64,000 nucleotides of DNA, from contig OZ024750.1 of assembly GCA_964016885.1 (NCBI GenBank), positions 45,012,001-45,076,000 of the forward strand, in the 5' to 3' direction. Of this stretch, positions 56,103 through 64,000 are shown piece after piece. Source of the stretch: Eledone cirrhosa. Its lineage: Eukaryota. Below the pieces are notes generated by a model. It saw only the letters and a program-made list of their open reading frames with translations, made no database searches and was not told the DNA's origin. A program made the translations under genes and the position numbers. Numbering within the stretch: position 1 is the stretch's first letter; each line of letters starts with the position of its first letter.

Positions 56103-56393
56103 TTAACCCTTTAGCATTTCGACCGGCCAGAATTCTCTCACCTTTTTCTGTTCAAACAAGCTGTAGCTGGCCACTCATACTGTTGTTAAGGTATTGTTCT
56201 CAAAATAAATAATATCAAAATCTCATAGATTCGATATTATGTGAGATAATTATATGAAGTAAAGGCTTTATTATGAAAATACGATAGTAAATACAGAGTA
56301 ATGTAAACGTTATGTGAAATATCATATCAGGTAAAATCTTTACCATGAAAATATAATAGTAAATATAGAGTAATGTAAATACTAAATGGTTAA
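56103..56393. mobile_element. piggyBac-like MITE
   Basis: ttaaccctttagcattt...aaatactaaatggttaa. Confidence 0.7.
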
Positions 56394-56647
56394 TACTAAA
56401 TGTGATGCAGTCTAATGTTTTGTACATTTAAAGACTTATTAAAGTGGTTTGTTGTAAAATACAAAAGGATGTTCTGAGTTAATATCATAAAGAATTGGTT
56501 AAGCAGGCAGATCATGTGGAGGAAATATAATGTGTGATGGACTATGGTCATAGCCAGGTGAAGGTGGGTTGGATTAGAATAAGATAATTCATCAACTCAT
56601 ACACGGACTTGATGAGACAATAGATGTTATTATATATATTCATTATT

Positions 56648-57070
56648 TATCTAGGTATACATAAATAATTGTTTCTACGTTAGGCACAAGGCCAGCAATT
56701 ACTCAGTATATTACTGGTACTTTATTTTATCGACCCCGTAAGGATGAAAGGCAAAGTAAACCTCAAATACCGCTGAGGTTAACTTTGCCTTTCATCCTTA
56801 CGGGGTCGATAAAATAAAGTACCAGTAATGTACTGGGTATTTGCTGGCCTTGTGCCTAACGTAGAAACAATTATTTATGTATACCTAGATACATAGGGTC
56901 GGACGCCATGCTTTGGCGCATAGAGTTACGGTCCTTGCCATTCTGAGTTCAAATTCCGCCGAGGTTTACTTTGCCTTTCATCCTTACGCGGTCGATAAAA
57001 TAAAGTACAAGTAATGCACTGGGTAATTGCTGGCATTGTGCCTAAAGTAGAAACAATTAAAGTAGAAACA
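56648..57070. mobile_element. Fold-back SINE (56648-56891, including inverted flank) followed by a 5'-truncated SINE (+)
   Basis: tatctaggtatacataaataattgtttctacg...cgtagaaacaattatttatgtatacctagata. Confidence 0.85.
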
Positions 57071-57071
57071 G

Positions 57072-58175
57072 GTGTGGTCACCGTTTATCAGACGGGCCTT
57101 TCCGCAGCTCGTTTCTTTGACTGAGCTGCAGTCCTGGGTCAGCAAGAGACCAAGACTCGGTGACTGTTACCTGGAAAGTTGCCAGGCACTCACTGCCCTC
57201 TACCAAGCGGGCAATGCGATCAGTGGAACTTCCACTCTCGAGTTCTATAGAGGATTAGTGGTGGGCAAGTGCGATGACGCACTCGGAGAACGTTTGGGCC
57301 TCGACGAAGTCGAACTGATCAGTCTGTGCCGGAGGACTTTCGAGCCGGGAACGATGGACAATTTCCAGAAAACCCCCGCTTGGCAATGCTACCGGGGGGC
57401 ACTGCCGGTTCGGCATAAACTCTACAGGCACGGAAGTGCTGTCAGACGGACCTGCCCAAGATGCGCACAGAACGACGAAACCGTTCTGCACGCACTTATC
57501 AAATGTCGTGCATTACTGACTTGTGGAGTTATGTCGAACAGCTACTGTAGCGTGTGGAACGAATCCGCTATCGGCCGAGTCCATAGTGAAGATCGACCCG
57601 CCACCTTCTTTAGGTCAGGAAGAGCAGGAAATTTTCCTCTGTCTGGTGGCCGTTGCGAAAGAGGTTATATGGTGGACCAGATTAAAAGGACTGAAGACAG
57701 ACACTTTTCTCTTCGGCGAATCCCTCATCAACTTCTTCAAATTTCACTTGGAAAGAAAGGTGAGGATGGAGAGAGAAGTTCTGCCCCCCCCCCCCTCCCC
57801 AGTACATTTGCTAAAAGGTAGATGAATGTGGCGAGAATGATCCAGTGTGAATGAGCCTACTCTGACCATGCGCCTATAGGCCAGCTAACTTGAGGAGAGC
57901 GGTGCTCTCCCTGGGTGCCCTAGAAGCGCAGGCTGCTTCAGGATTGGTGGGGGTACCCGAGTCACCCCAGGGTCGTCCACCCCCTATCGGGGAATTTATT
58001 TTGTTATATTTATGCATAGTTTAATTTATATTTTTTATATCTACATTGTTAAATTAGTCTTGCCATTGTGCACTTTTACACGACCTGATTGTAAACCCCC
58101 ACTGTCCCTGTCTTTGTATTGTCCCCTACATGTCGGCCCTTGTGGTTAATAAATGAAATCATTATCATTATTATT
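57072..58175 (+). pseudogene. Tx1/L1-like LINE 3' fragment (zf-RVT) plus 3'UTR; terminus duplicated at 58290-58380
   Basis: AWQCYRGALPV..KL......TCPRC...ETVLHALIKC (CCHC-type zf-RVT), continued in the shifted frame 57523..57825 (VAKEVIWWTR); aataaa plus (att)n tail. Confidence 0.82.
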
Positions 58176-58857
58176 GTGCTTTGAGTCTCAGTCATTGATG
58201 TTATTTAACTGGAAAGTTTGTTGAAATGAATATCAAGCCGCTACCTGCAGCCTCAGATATTCAGGACGTATTATTATTAATATTATTATTGTCCGTGTCT
58301 TTGTATTGCCCCCTAAATGTCAGCCCTTGTGGCCAATAAATGAAATCATTATTATTATTATTATTACTATTATTATTATTGGAGTTGTTGTCGCCGTCGT
58401 TTCTTCATTTTTTTTTTTTTTTTTGGAAACCATACAAAGAAGCACGAACCGTCGCCATTCCTTATATTTTTTTATCTTTACAGTTGGAATCTCTAACAAA
58501 CATTATTTTTCATATCTTTTCTTCTTCTCTCTCTTTCTAGATATAAATGCCAAGTTAAAGTACCCCCACTGGTCTACGATGGAGATCATGACAATATATT
58601 TGCAGGATTTGTAATTACATTCTCAGGTAGGTAGGTCTACCGTGTTTTTGCTTTCTTTAAAAAAAAGATGTCGATGCTTTTTACTTATTGTATTTTCATT
58701 TTCGCCATTTTGTATCCCACATAATATTAGGAGTATTTTAGTTTACTTCACTTTATTCATTTTATATTATTTTAATTATTTCTCTTTGAGATTTTCTTCA
58801 GACTTTGTTTTTTATTCGATAGGACTCGGCGATTTTCCCTGCAGAGTTGCTTTCATC

Positions 58858-58914
<57 letters not shown>

Positions 58915-59066
58915 CATATATACATACATATATACATATATATACATATATACATACATATACACATAGATATATACATATATACATATATATACATACA
59001 TATATACATATATATACATACATACATATATATATATATATACATACATATATATATATACATACA

Positions 59067-59107
<41 letters not shown>

Positions 59108-59128
59108 ATATACATACATATACATACA

Positions 59129-59164
<36 letters not shown>

Positions 59165-59266
59165 CATATATATACATACATATACATACATATATATACA
59201 TACACATACATATATATACATACATACATATATACATATATATACATACATATAAACATACATATA

Positions 59267-59314
<48 letters not shown>

Positions 59315-59568
59315 TATATCTGTTCGTGCGTGTGTGTATATATATATATATATGTATATGTACATATATATATTTATATATATGTGTATATATATGTATG
59401 TATGTATATATATTTATATAAATGTCTTTATATATGTATGTATATATATATATTTATATAAATGTCTATATATATGTATGTATATATATATATATTTATA
59501 TAAATGTCTATATATATGTATGTATGTATATATATATATATTTATATAAATGTCTATATATATGTATG

Positions 59569-59649
<81 letters not shown>

Positions 59650-60459
59650 TATTTTGTGGTCGGGGGGGGGGGAGGACTGAGGTAGAATATCTGGGGGCCC
59701 GCTGAATGTCAGAGTCATAATGTTTTCCTCCTCGGCTGACACTAAAACATGGAGAAAAGTCTTTGTAAAGAGCTATTGTTCTTGAGACAGTACATATGAC
59801 GATATACAACGTAAACAAATTAGCTTACGTTTGTGTCTCGACAGTTTTACGTAGTATATATATATATATAAATATATATATATGTGTGTGTTTATGTATG
59901 TATGTGTGTATGTGTGTAGGCATGTATGTATGTGATTACCTATGGAATCTTTGAATTTTTATCACTTGTCAATTATGTAAAATACACACCCAGAATGTTA
60001 TATAGATGAACGCGTACAGTTGTATTCAAGTAAAGTGTAAGTGGATCGTACATTCTCAGGGGACGTAATCCAAACGTTGAATGGAGTAAGTTTATGTAAT
60101 AAAATACAACACTTCAGTCAAAGTATACTAAACTCTAACTGCTTCCAAGGATCGGATGATGAGTTTGAAAATTTACATCGGAAACGCAATGCACTCGATC
60201 TTTACATACCTATGATAGTCAATTCAAGAATTCTTACACATTTTTTACTAATGCACATGAGTAGTGAGTAGTGTTCCGTAGAGGAACAGGCGGATAATTA
60301 TAGTTTTTGCTGGAGGCACAAAATTAGCAATTATATTGGTGTGGGATTGTCGTGTTGATCGATATAACTGCAGAACTTGTTGGTACTTTACTTTATCAAC
60401 TGCGAAATTATGGAAGACAAAGTTGATCTCGATTCAAAATCGAATTGTAAAAGGAAGGA

Positions 60460-60660
60460 AGAACAAGTTAATAATAATGATCGATTTTAATGCTACCATA
60501 TGGGAATATATGAAGGAGGAGCGATGTGTTATTGTTAAATTTAGAATGGGAAGGAGAAACTCAAAGGATGAACTATTCCTTACTTTCTGCCCCGAGTAGG
60601 CTCACATACTTAGGAATGCCCTCTTTAAGGAGCAAGAACAAAGGTAAACGACTTAGGTTA
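60460..60660 (+). pseudogene. RTE-type AP-endonuclease remnant
   Basis: LIIMIDFNATI...VIVKFRMGRRNSKDELFLTFC resembles GDFNA..G.RN..G..L..FC. Confidence 0.6.
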
Positions 60661-62237
60661 CACCCAATTTTCACGGGTACTTAAAGCATCAAATACTTAA
60701 TAAGAAACTACAAAATAAACTTGAGTGACTATAGAACTAAAACAATTCCCTTAAACCCCACTTGACATTCTTAAGCCAGATGATAACAAAGAATAATAAG
60801 CAGGGACAGATTGGGTCTAACGATATTGTTTGCCAGGCGATTGAGGGGGGCCAACCTACATATAGAATATTATCATTTAATTGTTATCATGATAAATAAC
60901 ATTTTCGAAAAATACCTAAGTGGAAACAAATTAGTACTTATAAACCTACTTTCAAAATTTTCCATACAAAATCATGTGGTGTCGTTCATGTCTTTCTTAA
61001 TGTTATTGCTCCTACTTAAGGTCGACTTCTAAATCATTTGGGTGTTCCTTAAACTACATCCTCGTTTTGTATCTCACCTATCTAAACTACATTTTAAACT
61101 GTAATCCATGTTGCATTTCTGTTGCACCTCCTTTCACCCCCCCCCTCTCTTTCCATCTGTAACATTTGAATCTAATATGATTTGGGCTTACCTTATTCCT
61201 ATATATATGTTTTTGCTTGTCAGTTAGATTGAAACTTACAATGATTGACATTATATATATATATATATATATATGCTTGTGTGTTTGAGTCAAAATATGT
61301 ATGTTTGCATGCAAATAATGAATACACTAAGCCTTACATTTAGTAGAATGTACACTCACTGATTCCAGCTATTTGCACTGTCATATATGTTGGTTTCTAG
61401 TAATCTCTTGGGGAATTAGTTGACCAAATGCTTTGCTTAATTGTTTTGTTTCTTTTTTGAATAATGTTATCTTTCTGTTAGATTTCAGGTATTTTTGAAA
61501 GCAAAGCATTGACCCCTAAAATACTACAGTGGGCCATGCTATTGGGTAAGCTGGCAACTTGGCCAGACCGCCACTGGTAATATGTATAACTTAGTCTTGT
61601 ATTACCTTCACGGTATCAGAATAAAATACGGGATGGTGATGAATCTGAACGCCTTTGGAAATAGTTCTATTTAATCAGTGCTTACCTGCCCCCCCCCAAA
61701 AAAAAAAAAATATATATATATATCATCAATATAGATATAAAGGCCCTTTCTATCTATAAAAATAAGATTACCGGAACTCACTCGTTAGTCGATTACAATT
61801 ATAATAAAGTAAACTCCCTTACCAGAAAGGTTCCTCATAGTAAATTCCACATGTTTCCCTCAATAGACTGCGGCCCTACTGTGACATATAGACGCCAGTA
61901 CTTCTTCAAATTTTGGTTGTTATTTTATTGAACACGTATTTCCCGGACCGCTAAGTTACGTGGTATAAACAAAGGCACGAATATAAATGCAGACATAGAC
62001 ACATACACACACGCACACACACACGCACACGCACACATACACATACACACACATACACAGACACACCCACATACACATATATATACACACACACATACAC
62101 ACACATACACACACACACACAGACACACACACACACACACACACACACAACTATATATAGGAAAAGAGTCAGGACCCCGACAGCTGAGCTCTGGCTATTT
62201 CGACAGCTAGATCACACATATATTTATACTCACTCAG

Positions 62238-62610
62238 ATGGTGGATGGGTGCTACACGAGAATGCTGAGGATGGCTCTGAACATTAATCAGTATACACTG
62301 AGGATGAAAAACTCAGAGCTGTATGGGAGCATCCCAAAAGTCAGCTCAAAAGTGACACAGAGGAGACTGACGTTGGCTGGACATGCTCACCGACATCCAG
62401 AGTTGACATTGCACTCAATGCTCCTTTGGGAGCCCCTACATGGACACACTAGAAGAGGAAGACCAAGGTTAACATATGTTGATACCCTAAGGACAGACAC
62501 TGGTCTGTTGGAGATGCAGGATATGGCAGCGATAATGAGGGACAGAGACCGCTGGAGAGAACTCGTCCATGGATCTCGGGAATTTTACCCGCCTTAGATA
62601 GATAGATATT
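62238..62610 (+). pseudogene. RTE-clade LINE 3' end with (TAGA)n tail
   Basis: DGCYTRMLRMALNI...RRLTLAGH..RH...LLWEP..G...RGRP..TYVD.L..DTGL...M.DRDRWR. Confidence 0.85.
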
Positions 62611-63202
62611 TATAGAATTTCGTATATCTAAAGAATATACGATATGTTTAATAAATATACATTTTGAACGCCTAGTTACGAATGTTGAAAGGCTGACGGC
62701 TAGCGCCCTCTAGCGGATTATAACAGAAGCAGTGATGGACAACTATCTATGCGCATTTCGAGCTTCTGGCTCTCAGGAAGGCAGTACTTTCCCTGATTTG
62801 TTTTAGAACTTGAAATAGGGGAAAATATATAGATTTTCACCTGTGTAGGAGGTCTGATTAGGCTCATTGGCAAGTGAAGCTGTATAAGTTAGCTCCAATT
62901 AAAAGTAGAATCAAAATTTAGCTTCGGCATAACTGAGTACATACATTTATGTGAATTTCGTATATCTCATGATATACTGTATATTTATAAACTGGAAGGT
63001 TTCTGTAGTGTGCGTCTACCAAATTCCACTCAAAGTTCATTGTTTTCTCCAAGGCTACAAAAGATGAGACGGATCTAACGTGCCATGCTAAAACACTGAT
63101 CCCTGAAACATGGCTTTGGGATGCAAACTATCATAGTTACCCAGACTTCCAGGCATGCTACCAACTCTTCCAACCTATAATAAACCATATTATTTGGTAT
63201 CA

Positions 63203-63392
63203 GGGGTGGTGGATTGGCAGTATCGGTAGAGGGTCGCACGCCATGCTTTCCAGAATAGTTACGTCCCTTTACACTCTGAGTTCAAATCCCGGCGAGGTTA
63301 ACTTTGCCTTCTATCTTTATGGGTTCGATAAAATGAAGTATCAGTAATGTACTGGGTAATTGCTGGCTTTGTGCCAAACGTAGAAACAATTA
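63203..63392 (+). mobile_element. Full-length Deu/Nin SINE with 14-bp TSD
   Basis: attatttggtatca at 63189 and 63389; A and B boxes present. Confidence 0.85.
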
Positions 63393-63760
63393 TTTGGTAT
63401 CAATCATTTTTTTTCCTTGACAGTGTCTCATATATCTTGAAGGTCTGTTACCGGTTATCCAAGTCATATATATTTATAACAATATTTATAATTCATGACA
63501 TTTCACTTCCTTCACAGCTCAGACATTGTCAACACTGGGAATAATAAATCTAACACGACTATCGTTTGAAACAACACTAGTGTAATAGACTTACCAATAT
63601 CTTTGACACCTCTGCACAACAACTAAACCAGGGAATACGTAGTCAATATTCTATTTATACTATAATTAGCAACTGAGATCTTCTTCAAATATTATGTCGC
63701 GGTCTTAAAATTAAACAGATATATTAGCTAATGAAGTTTTCATTATAATATAGTAGAAAA

Positions 63761-64000
63761 GCGCGGTGGATTGGCAGTATCGGTAGAGTCGGACGCCATG
63801 TTTGCAGCATAGAGTTACGGTCCTTTACGTTCTGAGTTCAAATCCAATCGACGTCAACTTTGCCGCCTTTCATCCTTACGGGGTCGATGACATAAAGTAC
63901 CAGTAATGCACTGGGAGTTGATCAAATTGCTGGCATTGTGCCCCTATCAGAAACTATTATAATATAGTAGAAAGGGCGGTGAATTGGCAGTATCGGTAGA
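63761..64000 (+). mobile_element. Deu/Nin SINE plus the start of a second tandem copy
   Basis: attataatatagtagaaa at 63742 and 63956; a new head begins at 63974. Confidence 0.82.

Noticed and set aside
60150-60200. gatcgg-ATGATGA..GAAACgcaatGCA-ctcgatc
   Set aside because: Two core mismatches and a poor stem II; could be chance or a dead relic.

Overview
AT-rich, repeat-saturated eukaryotic DNA with very long (TA)n/(CA)n/(GA)n/(GAT)n microsatellites. The Deu/Nin-domain tRNA SINEs, RTE/CR1 remnants and microsatellite load resemble a coleoid cephalopod (octopus-like) genome; that taxon call is inference. I found no intact host gene, and almost all ORF-track entries are microsatellite or minisatellite read-throughs. 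Recognisable content: a decayed, 5'-truncated Penelope-like element (Naiad-type RT plus GIY-YIG, 2267-3800, minus); fragments of R4-like, CRE-like, Tx1/L1-like, RTE and CR1 LINEs; about 20 SINE copies; TTAA-flanked MITEs; a 22-bp satellite (about 5.9 kb) and a 30-bp satellite (about 3.65 kb). The main hidden signal, found by eye, is a dense set of type I hammerhead ribozyme (HHR) motifs (CTGANGA...GAAA...NUH, mostly with palindromic stem III). These comprise eight dispersed copies and a tandem array of eight 74-bp monomers plus one inverted copy (53977-54647), each monomer being little more than a minimal HHR. They sit in several families of tiny non-coding elements embedded in (TA)n tracts that show 5' fold-back inversions, and three families share a 3'-tail motif. 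This looks like a set of ribozyme-bearing mini-retroelements that Penelope-like RT might mobilise (inference; no cleavage or expression data).
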